Shown here piece by piece: positions 8,945 to 18,185 of a DNA stretch of 64,000 bases. Below the pieces are notes generated by a model. It saw only the letters and a program-made list of their open reading frames with translations. It was not told the origin of the DNA and searched no databases. Positions within the stretch are counted from its first letter, which is position 1. Every line of letters begins with the position of its first letter. Position numbers and translations under genes: made by a program. Source of the stretch: Alphaproteobacteria bacterium (GTDB lineage Bacteria; Pseudomonadota; Alphaproteobacteria; UBA828); contig CAXXMU010000001.1 of NCBI GenBank assembly GCA_963667785.2, positions 1,088,001 through 1,152,000 on the forward strand, in the 5' to 3' direction.

Positions 8945-9583
8945 TCAATTCGCCTCCGCGCTGGCAATGGCACGGTTGATCGCGTGCACGCCGGCCTCCG
9001 GCCCCTCCGGGTGCGACCAGACCCCGCCGATTACGGCGAGGAAATCGGCGCCGGCGGCCACCAGCGGCTGGCAGTTCTCGGCCGTGATGCCGCCGATGGC
9101 CACGCAAGGCACCACCATCAGCGTGTGCCACCACTTGATCAGGTGGATCTCTGACTGGGCGCGCGGCGTCTTGGTCCCGGTCGGGAAGAACGCGCCGAAG
9201 GCGATGTAGTCCGCGCCCGAGGCCGCCGCCTCCATGGCACGGTGGCGCGAATCGTAGCAGCTCACGCCCACCGTGGCGTCCGCGCCGACGCGCGCCCTGG
9301 CGTCCGCATAGTCCGCATCGTCGGCGCCCACATGGACGCCGTCGGCGCCGAGCTCGGCGGCGAGGTCGGGCCGGTCGTTGACGAGCAGCGGCACGTCGCG
9401 GCTCCGGCAGATCGGCAGCAGCCGCTCGCCCGCCCGGCGGATGTCGTCATCGTCCGCCCCCTTCAGCCGGAGCTGGAGGCAGGCGACGTCGCCCGCGTCG
9501 AGCGCCGCCTCGAGCCGGGGCGCGAAGCGATCGAGTTCGATCTCGGGCGGCGTGATCAGGTAGAGACGGCACGGCTCCCGCAT
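8945..9583 (-). CDS. thiE: Thiamine-phosphate synthase
   Basis: [60 protein letters not shown]. Its ATG abuts the upstream TGA. Confidence 0.9.
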   Translation of the reverse strand: MREPCRLYLITPPEIELDRFAPRLEAALDAGDVACLQLRLKGADDDDIRRAGERLLPICRSRDVPLLVNDRPDLAAELGADGVHVGADDADYADARARVGADATVGVSCYDSRHRAMEAAASGADYIAFGAFFPTGTKTPRAQSEIHLIKWWHTLMVVPCVAIGGITAENCQPLVAAGADFLAVIGGVWSHPEGPEAGVHAINRAIASAEAN

Positions 9584-10786
9584 TCAGATCACGCCCTTCC
9601 TGCGCAGGTCCTCGCGCTCGTCTGCCGAGAGGCCGAGGAGGGTGCCGTAGACCTCGTCGTTGTGGGCACCGAGGCGCGGGCCCAGGCTCTCGATCCGCCC
9701 CGGTGTCTCGGAGAGGGCGGGGAGCACGTTCGGCACGTGGACACGCTCGCCGCTCTCGGGCTCGACCACCTCCTTGAGGGTTCCGCGCTCGCGATAGTGC
9801 GGGTCCTCGAAGATGTCGGCGACGGAATAGACCGGCGCCGTCGGCACGCCGCCCGCATTGCAAGTCTCCACCACCCGCTCGCGCGGGAGCGAGAGGGTAA
9901 ACGCCGTGACCATGGCCTCGACCTCGTCGCGGTTCTCCACGCGGGCGGCGCTGGTGGCGAAGCGCGCATCCTCGCCGAGCTCGCCCCGGCCCAGCACCTC
10001 GGCCATGCGGCGCCACATCTTGTCGCTGGTGCACGCGATCGCGACCCAGCCGCCGTCGCCGCACTCGAAATGGCCGTGCGGGCAGACATTGCTGGTCATC
10101 AGCCCGAGCCGGGGCCGGACGAACCCGGTGGCGGCGTAGAGCGGCGCCATCTCGTCGAGCACCCGGAAGATCGATTCGTAGAGCGCGATGTCGATCACCT
10201 GGCCGCCCGTGTCCTCCCGGCTGCGCAGCGCGAGCAAGGCGCCCACCGCGCCGTAGAGGCCGGAGATGTAGTCGGCCAGCGAGGTGGAGCCCGGCGTCAG
10301 CGGCGGCCCGCCGGGGACGCCGGTGAGATGCGTGAGCCCGCCGAAGGCGTGCGCGATGCGGGCGAAGCCGGGGCGGTCCTTGTAGGGGCCGGACTGGCCA
10401 TAGCCCGAGATGCGCACCAGCACCAGGCCGGGGTTCGCGGCCTTCAGCGCGTCGGGCCCGAGCCCCCATTTCTCCAGCGTGCCGGGCCGGAAGTTCTCGC
10501 AGAGGATATCGGCCTCGGCCACCAGCCGCCTGAAGAGGGCCGCGCCCTCGGGCTGGCGCAGGTCGAGGGTGACGGACTTCTTGTTGCGCTGCTCGGAGAG
10601 CCAGGCGTAGCCATCGCCACGCGCGCTGGGCGAGCCGAACTTGCGCAGCGGATCGCCCAGCCCCGGCTGCTCGACCTTGATGACCTCGGCGCCGAACTCG
10701 CTGAGGATGGCGGCGGTGAAGGGTCCCGCGATGAAGGTCGCAAGGTCGATGACGCGGACACCCTGGAGCGGAAGCGGCGCTGACAT
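9584..10786 (-). CDS. Family III (CaiB/BaiF) CoA-transferase
   Basis: PLQGVRVIDL..FIAGP, GAEVIKVE.P..GD, RNKKSVTLDL, ENFRPG, ISGYGQSGPY, SLADYISG (catalytic Asp). Confidence 0.9.
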   Translation of the reverse strand: MSAPLPLQGVRVIDLATFIAGPFTAAILSEFGAEVIKVEQPGLGDPLRKFGSPSARGDGYAWLSEQRNKKSVTLDLRQPEGAALFRRLVAEADILCENFRPGTLEKWGLGPDALKAANPGLVLVRISGYGQSGPYKDRPGFARIAHAFGGLTHLTGVPGGPPLTPGSTSLADYISGLYGAVGALLALRSREDTGGQVIDIALYESIFRVLDEMAPLYAATGFVRPRLGLMTSNVCPHGHFECGDGGWVAIACTSDKMWRRMAEVLGRGELGEDARFATSAARVENRDEVEAMVTAFTLSLPRERVVETCNAGGVPTAPVYSVADIFEDPHYRERGTLKEVVEPESGERVHVPNVLPALSETPGRIESLGPRLGAHNDEVYGTLLGLSADEREDLRRKGVI

Positions 10787-10870
10787 GGCGGCAGGAAGCG
10801 GCGTTTAGGCCCGCATGTCAATCGGGCGCATCTGGGCCAGACGGTGTGCGGCGAAGCGCCCGGCGCGCGC

Positions 10871-11596
10871 TCAGTACTCTTCCTTGTGGGTGCGCAGGTC
10901 GAGCTCCTGGGTCCAGGCGCTGCGCGGCTGGCGGTAGAGGAAGCGGTAGGAATCGGCGAGCCCGTCCAGGCCGATCAGCCCGTCTTCGCCGACCCGTTCC
11001 ACGAACTGGGGGGCGCGGGTCTTCAGCCGCTCGCCGCCGATGCCGCCGTCCACCACCACATGGGCCACGTGAATGCCCTGCGGGCCGAACTCGCGCGCGA
11101 GGCTCTGGCCCAGCGCGCGAAGCCCGGCCTTGGCGGCGGTGAAGGCGGCGAAGTTGGGCTTGCCGCGCATGGACGCGCTGGCGCCTGTGAGCAGCAGCGT
11201 GCCGGCGCCGCGCGGCACCATGCGGCGCAACGCCTCGCGGCAGAAGAGGAAGCCGCCGTAGCAGCCGATCCGCCAGCAGGTCTCGAAGTAGTCGGCCTCC
11301 ATCTCGATGACGTTGCCCGGCATGTTGTTGCCGGCGTTGAAGACGGCGAGGTCGATCGGCCCCTGCGTCTCCGCCGCCTCGACGAAGGCTGCGACCGAGG
11401 CTTCGTCGGTGGTGTCGGCGACGAGCGCCGTGGCCTGCCCGCCGGCCGCGCGGATTTCGTCGGAGACCGCTGCCACCTTGGCCTCGGTGCGGCCGCCCAC
11501 GAAGACGTGGAGCCCTTCGCTCGCCGCCATGCGGCACACCGCCGCGCCCAGCCCCTCGCTCGCGCCCACGCCGATCACGACCGCCGTCTTGCCCAT
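10871..11596 (-). CDS. Short-chain dehydrogenase/reductase (atypical subgroup)
   Basis: VIGVGASEGLG, VFNAGNN, TGASASMRGK, F.AAKAGLR (F in place of the YxxxK Tyr), GIHVAHVVVDG, AWTQELDLR. Confidence 0.85.
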   Translation of the reverse strand: MGKTAVVIGVGASEGLGAAVCRMAASEGLHVFVGGRTEAKVAAVSDEIRAAGGQATALVADTTDEASVAAFVEAAETQGPIDLAVFNAGNNMPGNVIEMEADYFETCWRIGCYGGFLFCREALRRMVPRGAGTLLLTGASASMRGKPNFAAFTAAKAGLRALGQSLAREFGPQGIHVAHVVVDGGIGGERLKTRAPQFVERVGEDGLIGLDGLADSYRFLYRQPRSAWTQELDLRTHKEEY

Positions 11597-11742
11597 GCCG
11601 CCCTCCCAGTCTGCTCCGCCCCGCATCCTGCCGGGCGGCGGGAGAGTACAGCCTTACCCGCGCGGGGCGGAACCCGATTCGGCGGGGCGGCGAGAGGGGC
11701 GGCCGGCCTTGTCGGCTCCGTCCCGCGTCGCCATGATGCGCC

Positions 11743-11768
11743 CCGCCGGAGCCGCCGGAGCCGCCGGA
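11743..11768. repeat. Short tandem repeat (CCGCCGGAG x ~3) in a divergent intergenic region
   Basis: ccgccggag-ccgccggag-ccgccgga read directly from the sequence. Confidence 0.6.
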
Positions 11769-11817
11769 CGGCGGGAGACCCATCCCCGCCATCGTCGTGC
11801 AGTGCCTAGGGGGAGCC

Positions 11818-12975
11818 ATGCGCGCCGACCTCGAGACCCTTCTGCCTGCCCTCAGGGAGCGGCGGGGCGAGACTCGCGAGAATCGCAAGGTCCTGCCCGA
11901 GATCAGGGAGATGATCCGTGACTCGGGCGCAGCTCGGCTGCTGCAGCCGGCAGCCTACGGCGGCGCCGGCGGGCCGCTGCGCGACATCGTGGGTGTGGCC
12001 TCGGAGATCGGCGCGGCCTGCGGCTCGACCGGCTGGGCGGTCGTCCAGTACGTCATTCATCCCTTCATGGTCGCCCAGTGGCCGCGCGAGACGCAGGACG
12101 AGGTCTGGGGCGACGACCCCAAGGGCCTCGTCGCCGGCATCCTGATCCAGAGCCTGGGCCGCTACGAGCGCGTGGACGGCGGCTATCGCGTGAGCGGCCG
12201 CTGGCCCTTCGTCACCGGCGTCGACACCTGCGACTGGTGCATCGTCTCCGGCTACGAGGAGGGCAGGGCCGGCGAGCACGAGAGTCACCTGCACTTCCTG
12301 CTCCGGCGGGACGAGATCGAGATCCTCGACACCTGGCATGCGCTCGGCCTGCGCGGCAGCGGCACCAACCACGTGCAGCTCCAGGAGTACTACGTGCCGG
12401 CGCGCCGGGCGCTCTCGATGGAGGCGCTGCGCGGCGGTGAATCGCCCGGCGGCCACTGGCGGGAGGCGCCGTTCTACCTGCTTCCCAGCTATCCGATCTT
12501 CGGGATCGGCATCACCAGCGGCGCGGTCGGCATCGCGCTCGAGATGGCGGCGGAATACAACGGGATCGCGCGCAAGAAGGGTTCGATCATGGCGGAGAAG
12601 AACGTCTCCGCCTTCGCCTCGCAGCACATCCGCTTCGCCGAATCCAGGGCTGCGGTCGATTGCGCGCGACAGCTTCTGCGCTTCGCGGCCGAGGAGATCA
12701 GCGCCATCGCCTGCGAGGAGGGCCGCGTGCCGAGCCTGGAGGAGCGCGCCCGCTGCCGCGCGCTCGCGACCTATGCCGGCAATATCGCGGTGGACGCCGC
12801 GCGCGCCATCTGGGACCTGTCCGGCGCGGCCAGCGTCTACAGCAACAGCGAGCTCGGCAACCTCTACACCGACATGCTGGTCGCCAACCAGCACTTCACC
12901 CAGAACAAGGACGTGAACTTCACGACCTACGGGCGGATGCTCTACGGGCTCGACATCGACAACCCGACGCTGTGA
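11818..12975 (+). CDS. Two-component flavin-dependent monooxygenase, oxygenase subunit (HsaA/C2-like, acyl-CoA dehydrogenase fold)
   Basis: LLQP..YGG, ACGSTGW, GGYRVSGRWPFVTG.D.CDW, DTW..LGLRGSGT and a C-terminal NQH. RBS GGGGAG. Confidence 0.8.
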   Translation: MRADLETLLPALRERRGETRENRKVLPEIREMIRDSGAARLLQPAAYGGAGGPLRDIVGVASEIGAACGSTGWAVVQYVIHPFMVAQWPRETQDEVWGDDPKGLVAGILIQSLGRYERVDGGYRVSGRWPFVTGVDTCDWCIVSGYEEGRAGEHESHLHFLLRRDEIEILDTWHALGLRGSGTNHVQLQEYYVPARRALSMEALRGGESPGGHWREAPFYLLPSYPIFGIGITSGAVGIALEMAAEYNGIARKKGSIMAEKNVSAFASQHIRFAESRAAVDCARQLLRFAAEEISAIACEEGRVPSLEERARCRALATYAGNIAVDAARAIWDLSGAASVYSNSELGNLYTDMLVANQHFTQNKDVNFTTYGRMLYGLDIDNPTL

Positions 12976-13460
12976 CGAGGGATCGCCCGCCCAACCGGGC
13001 GCGGGAGGCGGCGCGCTACTTCGACGACCTCGCGCCCGGCGAGCGCTTCGTCACAGGCGAGTGGACGCTCGGCGAGGCGGAGATCGTCGCCTTCGCGCGG
13101 GAATTCGACCCCCAGCCGATCCACGTCGATGCGGCGGGCGCGGCGGAGGGCCCCTACGGCGGCCTGATCGCCAGCGGCTTCCAGACCATGGCGCTGGGGT
13201 TTCGGCTCTTCTACGAGCTCGGCGTCATCAACGAGGCCTGCATCGGCGGGCCGGGGATCGACGCCGTGCGCTTCCACCGGCCGGCGCGGCCCGGCGATCG
13301 CATCCACGCCATCGCCACCGTCGCCGAGACCCGTCCCTCCCGCTCCCGGCCCGACCGCGGCTACGTGCGCATGGCCTACGACGTGCGCAATCAGCGCGAC
13401 GAGCCGGTGCTGAGCTACGAGATCGTCCACATCCTCATGCTTCGGCCGCCGGCGCCTTGA
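12972..13460 (+). CDS. MaoC family dehydratase (hotdog fold)
   Basis: RYFDDL.PGE, EIVAFAREFDPQPIHVD, GGLIASGFQT, VRF.RP.RPGD, SRSRPDRG. GTGA overlap with the upstream gene. Confidence 0.85.
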   Translation: MTRDRPPNRAREAARYFDDLAPGERFVTGEWTLGEAEIVAFAREFDPQPIHVDAAGAAEGPYGGLIASGFQTMALGFRLFYELGVINEACIGGPGIDAVRFHRPARPGDRIHAIATVAETRPSRSRPDRGYVRMAYDVRNQRDEPVLSYEIVHILMLRPPAP

Positions 13461-13517
13461 CACGCCGGCGCCCCTGTGCGGCGATCACGCGGGCGGGAGA
13501 GAGAAGCGGAGCAGGCC

Positions 13518-14423
13518 ATGACCAGCCTCTATGACGGGCCGATCATCGACGCCCACCATCACCTCTGGGATCTGGCCTCCGGCCGCTATGCGTGGCTGAC
13601 GGACGGCCCGCGCGAGGTGGTGTTCGGCAGCACCGCGCCGCTCATCCGCGACTACCTGCTCGGCGACTACCTCGCCGACATGGCCGGCATCGGGCTGGTC
13701 AAGTCGGTCCACATCCAGGCGAGTTTCTTCGACGATCCGGTGGCCGAGACGCGCTGGCTCCAGGGCATCGCCGACGAGCACGGCTTCCCGCACGGGATCG
13801 TCGCCTACGCTCAGTTGGAAGAGCCGGGTGCCGAGGCGGTGCTGGAGGCCCACGCGGCGCACGCCAACATGCGCGGCATCCGCCAGATCCTGAGCTGGCA
13901 CGAGAACCCCGTCTGGAGCTTCACCGAGCGCGCCGACCTGATGCAGGACGCCGCGTGGCGGCGCGGCTTCGGCCTGCTGCAGAGGTTCGGCCTCTCCTTC
14001 GACATGATGATCTACTCCGGCCAACTGGGAGACGCGCTCGACCTGGCGCAGGCCTTCCCCGACACGCAGATCATCCTCAACCACACCGGCAGCCCGGCCG
14101 ACCGGGACGACGACGCCATCGCCACCTGGCGCAGCGGCATGAGCGCGCTGGCCGGCGCCGCCAACGTCGCGGTCAAGATCTCGGACCTCGGCGCCTACGA
14201 TCACGACTGGACGACCGAGAGCACGCGTCCCTTCATCCGCCATACCATCGACGCCTTCGGGCCGGAGCGCTGCATGTTCGCGAGCGACTTTCCCGTGGCC
14301 GGCATCCACGGCGGCGCGGACGCGATCTACGACTCGTTCAGGACCATCGTCGCCGACCTCGCGCCGGCCGAGCAGCGCGCCCTCTTCCACGACAACGCCG
14401 TCCGCTTCTACCGGCTGGATTGA
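13518..14423 (+). CDS. Amidohydrolase_2 family protein (lactonase-like)
   Basis: IIDAHHHLWD, KSVHIQA, RGIRQ, GLSFD, IILNHTG.P, NVAVKIS, FG.ERCMFASDFPV, LFHDNA.RFYRL. Confidence 0.85.
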   Translation: MTSLYDGPIIDAHHHLWDLASGRYAWLTDGPREVVFGSTAPLIRDYLLGDYLADMAGIGLVKSVHIQASFFDDPVAETRWLQGIADEHGFPHGIVAYAQLEEPGAEAVLEAHAAHANMRGIRQILSWHENPVWSFTERADLMQDAAWRRGFGLLQRFGLSFDMMIYSGQLGDALDLAQAFPDTQIILNHTGSPADRDDDAIATWRSGMSALAGAANVAVKISDLGAYDHDWTTESTRPFIRHTIDAFGPERCMFASDFPVAGIHGGADAIYDSFRTIVADLAPAEQRALFHDNAVRFYRLD

Positions 14424-15358
14424 GCGGCGCCTCCCAGCACCTCGTCCACGAAGGCGTCGAAGAGGGCGAAGACGCGCGCCCGCACCTCGTCGGTCTCCAT
14501 CAGCGGCTCGTGGCGCGACGCGGGAATCGTCTCCAGACGGCAGTCGGGCAGGCGGGCGGCAAGCCGGGCCTGGTCGGCGTTGGAGACGACCCGGTCGTCG
14601 GCCGCGCTGACGATCAGCACCGGCGTGGCGATCCGCTCGGGATAGCCCCGGCTGCGCAGGATCGCCACCGAGCGCCGGGTGGCGGCGAGCCAGCCCACCG
14701 TCGGCCAGGCGATGGCCAGCGGCGGGTTGTCGCGCAGCAGGGTCTCCATGCGCTCGTAGCGTGCGCGGTCGCTGGTCAGCGGGTTGCCGTCGAAGGGCGG
14801 CGGGAACGGCCTCTGCACCGGCACGTAGCGGTTCCTCAGGCCGACGCTCATCGCGGCGATGGTGAGCACCGCGCCCAAAGCCCGCCCGGCCGTGCTCATC
14901 ATGATGTTCACCATGGGGGCCGACAGCGCGATGCCGGCGGCGAAATAGGGCGCCCCGGAGGGGCCGTGCTCGGCACGGTGGCGGAGCACGATGTGGCCGC
15001 CCATGGAGTGGGCCAGCACCACGATCGGCCGGGGCGCGTCGGGGATTACCAGCCGCTCCAGGAAGAGGTCGAGGTCGCGCAGGTAGTCGTCGTAGCTGAC
15101 GACGTGACCCTTGCGCGACTCCTTCAGCACCCGGCCGGAGCGGCCCTGACCGCGCCAGTCCAGCGCGTAGACGGCGAAGCCGCGGGCGCTCAGGTCGGCC
15201 ACCGTCTCGCCGTACTTCTCGATGAACTCCGCCCGGCCCTGCAGCAGCACCACCGAGCCGCGCACGCGGCCCGGCGGCGCGGACCAGACGGCGGTGCGAA
15301 GCGGGAGGCCGTCGTGGGCGGCAAGCGTCGCTAGCTGCGGCGCAGGCCCGGGGTGCAC
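14408..15358 (-). CDS. Alpha/beta hydrolase, lysophospholipase L2 (PldB)-like
   Basis: GRAEFIEKY.E, DWRGQGRS, AHSMGG nucleophile elbow, NPLTSD..RY, D.VV, RHE.LME.D. Confidence 0.85.
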   Translation of the reverse strand: MHPGPAPQLATLAAHDGLPLRTAVWSAPPGRVRGSVVLLQGRAEFIEKYGETVADLSARGFAVYALDWRGQGRSGRVLKESRKGHVVSYDDYLRDLDLFLERLVIPDAPRPIVVLAHSMGGHIVLRHRAEHGPSGAPYFAAGIALSAPMVNIMMSTAGRALGAVLTIAAMSVGLRNRYVPVQRPFPPPFDGNPLTSDRARYERMETLLRDNPPLAIAWPTVGWLAATRRSVAILRSRGYPERIATPVLIVSAADDRVVSNADQARLAARLPDCRLETIPASRHEPLMETDEVRARVFALFDAFVDEVLGGAAQSSR

Positions 15359-15361
15359 GCC

Positions 15362-16771
15362 TCAGGCCTTCGACTGCGGCGCGTCGACCCCCTTGACCGG
15401 CACGAGGCCGGCCGGTGCCAGGCCCGCCATTCTGACGGTGAGGGGCCCCGGCACGCGCCCCTCGTCCTCCAGGCGCTCCTTGCGCCGGTTCGCCGCGATC
15501 ACCATGCGCCCGCCGATGTAGCGCACCGGCTCACGGGGGAACAGGCCGACGCCCTCGCGCACCAGACCGCACGTCGACCACTCGTCCTTCGTGCCGAGCG
15601 CGAGGGAGGCGAGGATTTGGCCGCCGACGGAGGTGGGGCCGACGCCGTTGCCGGAGAAGCCCAGGCCGTAGAGCAGGTCATCACGGCCGTCGAGGCGGCC
15701 GAAGAAGGGCAGCCCGCTAAGGGAGCGGTCGATCGGGCCTGTCCAGCTTGTGGCGATCGGCACGTCGCCGAAGTCGGGATAGATGCGGCGGAAATACGCC
15801 TCGACCTCGGCCGCCCGTGGCGAAGGGCCGTCGAAGCGACGGTCCACCCTGTTGCCGAAGGAGAGCCGCCCGCCGCCGGTGCCGAAGGCGACGCGGCCGT
15901 CCGTGGTCGGGCGGTAATAATTCACTAAGGTCCGGGAATCCGAAATGCACATCCCGTCTTTCCAGCCAGAGGCGGCGAGTCGCTCGGGCATCGGCCGGGT
16001 CGCGACGATATCGCTCGAGATGACGACGATGGTCCGCCTGAGCTCCGGGAACATGGTGGCCCAGGCGTTCATCGCGATCACGACCTTCTCGGCCGTCAGG
16101 ATTCCCCGCGGTGCCACCACGCGGGGCGGGCGGCCGCGATGAAGGCTCATCATCGGGGTTCGCTCGTAGATGCGCACCCCCATGGAAAGCGCTGCCCGGC
16201 GCAGCCCGCGTGCCAGCAAGGCCGGCTGCACCGAGGCGCCGGTCGGCTCGTAGACGCCGGCGATGTGCCGCTCGGAGCCCGAGCGCCGCTTGACCGTCTC
16301 CGGCTCCCAGAGCTCGAAGGGATGCTGCTGGTGGCGCTCCAGGGTATCGACCAGTGCGCTCCACGATCCGACCTGAGGCGCGCTCGTCGCCGCCCACAGC
16401 CAGCCGTCGCCGCGGAAATGTGCGTCGATCCCGTTGTCGGCGCAAAAGCGCCCGATCTGGCCGACGGCATCGGCAGACGCGCGGGCGAGGCGGATCGCCT
16501 CGTCCGATGCACAGACCTTGCAGAGCGAGCCGAACTTGGCCCACCAGCTCAGCACGAAGCCGCCGTTTCGGCCGCTCGCGCCGCTGCCGCAGACATCCTT
16601 CTCGACGATGGCGACGTCGGCGGAAGGGTCGCGCTGCTTGAGCCGGATCGCGGTCCACAGCCCGCAGTAGCCGCCGCCGACGATGCAGATGTCCGCCCGC
16701 TGGTCGCCTTCCAGCGCCGGCGCGTCGTCGTCCGGCGCGGGGCCGGCTTCGTCAAGCCAGTGGCTCAGCAT
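15362..16771 (-). CDS. FAD-dependent amine/amino-acid oxidoreductase (DAO/PuuB-like)
   Basis: SHWL, DICIVGGGYCGLWTA, GASGRNGGF, QPA.LARGL, WTGPID, GFSGNGVG. Confidence 0.85.
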   Translation of the reverse strand: MLSHWLDEAGPAPDDDAPALEGDQRADICIVGGGYCGLWTAIRLKQRDPSADVAIVEKDVCGSGASGRNGGFVLSWWAKFGSLCKVCASDEAIRLARASADAVGQIGRFCADNGIDAHFRGDGWLWAATSAPQVGSWSALVDTLERHQQHPFELWEPETVKRRSGSERHIAGVYEPTGASVQPALLARGLRRAALSMGVRIYERTPMMSLHRGRPPRVVAPRGILTAEKVVIAMNAWATMFPELRRTIVVISSDIVATRPMPERLAASGWKDGMCISDSRTLVNYYRPTTDGRVAFGTGGGRLSFGNRVDRRFDGPSPRAAEVEAYFRRIYPDFGDVPIATSWTGPIDRSLSGLPFFGRLDGRDDLLYGLGFSGNGVGPTSVGGQILASLALGTKDEWSTCGLVREGVGLFPREPVRYIGGRMVIAANRRKERLEDEGRVPGPLTVRMAGLAPAGLVPVKGVDAPQSKA

Positions 16772-18185
16772 CCGCTCTCTCCTGTCGTCGACCGGCCTCC
16801 TGCTCCGCGCGCTCGCCGAAGAGCAGGGTCAGGTTGATCCGCCGGTTTGCGTAGCCGCTCCGGAAGCGTACCCCGCCGCTCTCGTGGATCAGGCTCGAAT
16901 CGAAGATCACCGCCCTGTTGCAGCGGTAGGGAACGCGCACGGGCGCCCGGCCCTCGGCTGCCACCAGCCGCTCCAACCGCGCCGGGTCGAGATTGTAGTC
17001 CGCGAATCCCCAGTCCGGCGGCGCAGCGACATCGTGCACTATCAGCCCGGCTGCCTCGGGCTCGGGGCAGGCGCTGTCGGGCGTGATCCAGAGGTTGAGA
17101 TTGACGGCGGCCTTGTCCGCGTGCTTGCGCGTGCCGGCGCCTGCCTGACCATAGGAGAAGGCCCACATCTGGCTGAGCCGGTGCCGGCCCATGATGCCTT
17201 CGAGGCGCTGCTCCAGCTCGGCGGCGAGCGCGACGAGCACGGGGTGGTCGAAACCGTCGTGCAGATAGGCCCCGAGATAGAGGCCGTGCTCCTTGCAGTC
17301 GAACCAGATCGTGGCTTCGCGGCAGAAGCGCTGAAGGGCAGCGAGCGCATGCGGGCTCAGCAGGTCGTCGACGACGACCACAGCAGGGCTCGCCTCGCGG
17401 TAGCGCCGCTCGATTGCCGTGCAGTCGAGGTTGGGGTTGAGGGCGGGCGACGCGGCCTGGTCCGGCGGGCGGTGGATCACCCGGTTGTAGATGGGGCCGA
17501 TCAGCCGCCTCTCTTCGGCGGTGAGCGTGCGCGGCGCCCCCGGTCGCTCCTCGCTGCCGAAGCCGGCCAGCACGCGGGCGAGGTTCTCGCGCGCTCCGGC
17601 GAGGTCGGGCGGCAGCCGGCCCGTCTCCAGCAGGTGGTCGATCTGCGCGAGGTCATGCGCGAGCTTGGCCCGCGACGCGGTGCGGAAGGTTGTCTGCTGG
17701 GCGGGGTCGAGCAGCGCCGTGCCGCTCGCCGGGTCGATCCCCCACCAGGCGGAGCCGCGATAGAGCGCATGGCCGGCATGGAACGACCGAACGGCATCCG
17801 CGAGCCGTCCCTGGCGCTTGCACGCCACGCCGAGGTTGGTATGGGCCGCGACCGAGCCCGGCGCGAGCGCGAGCGCTTGTCGAAACGCGCCCTCCGCCGC
17901 CGCGTCGTCCCCCTGCCTGAGCGCGTGCGTGCCGAGGGTGACGTGCAGGCTCGCCTTGTCAGGCGCCAGCGCGGCGGCGGTCTCGAACGCACGGCGTGCC
18001 CGCTCGAGCGCGCCGCGATCGGCGGCGACGAGGCCGCAGACATAGTGCGCGCCGGCGTCGCGCGGATCGCGGGCGAGGACGGCGCGCCCGATCGCCTCGG
18101 CCTCTGTGCCCTTGCCCGCCCGGTAGGCCGCGAATGCCGCGCGCGAGTCGGGCCTTCGCTCAGCCGCGGCGCGCGAGCCCGTCAC
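16752..18185 (-). CDS. TPR-repeat protein with C-terminal 2OG-Fe(II) oxygenase-like domain
   Basis: N-terminal TPR-like helices (AHYVCG, LHVTLG, AHTNLG). The C-terminal part has VVVDDLLS, HAD (HxD), VNLNLWITPD, YRCNRAVIFDS.L.HES and RINLTLLFG. Confidence 0.7.
   Translation of the reverse strand: MTGSRAAAERRPDSRAAFAAYRAGKGTEAEAIGRAVLARDPRDAGAHYVCGLVAADRGALERARRAFETAAALAPDKASLHVTLGTHALRQGDDAAAEGAFRQALALAPGSVAAHTNLGVACKRQGRLADAVRSFHAGHALYRGSAWWGIDPASGTALLDPAQQTTFRTASRAKLAHDLAQIDHLLETGRLPPDLAGARENLARVLAGFGSEERPGAPRTLTAEERRLIGPIYNRVIHRPPDQAASPALNPNLDCTAIERRYREASPAVVVVDDLLSPHALAALQRFCREATIWFDCKEHGLYLGAYLHDGFDHPVLVALAAELEQRLEGIMGRHRLSQMWAFSYGQAGAGTRKHADKAAVNLNLWITPDSACPEPEAAGLIVHDVAAPPDWGFADYNLDPARLERLVAAEGRAPVRVPYRCNRAVIFDSSLIHESGGVRFRSGYANRRINLTLLFGERAEQEAGRRQERADAEPLA

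Noticed and set aside
11743-11768. 9-bp tandem repeat as a phase-variation or CRISPR-like element
   Set aside because: Only three GC-only units with no spacers; plausible by chance or slippage.
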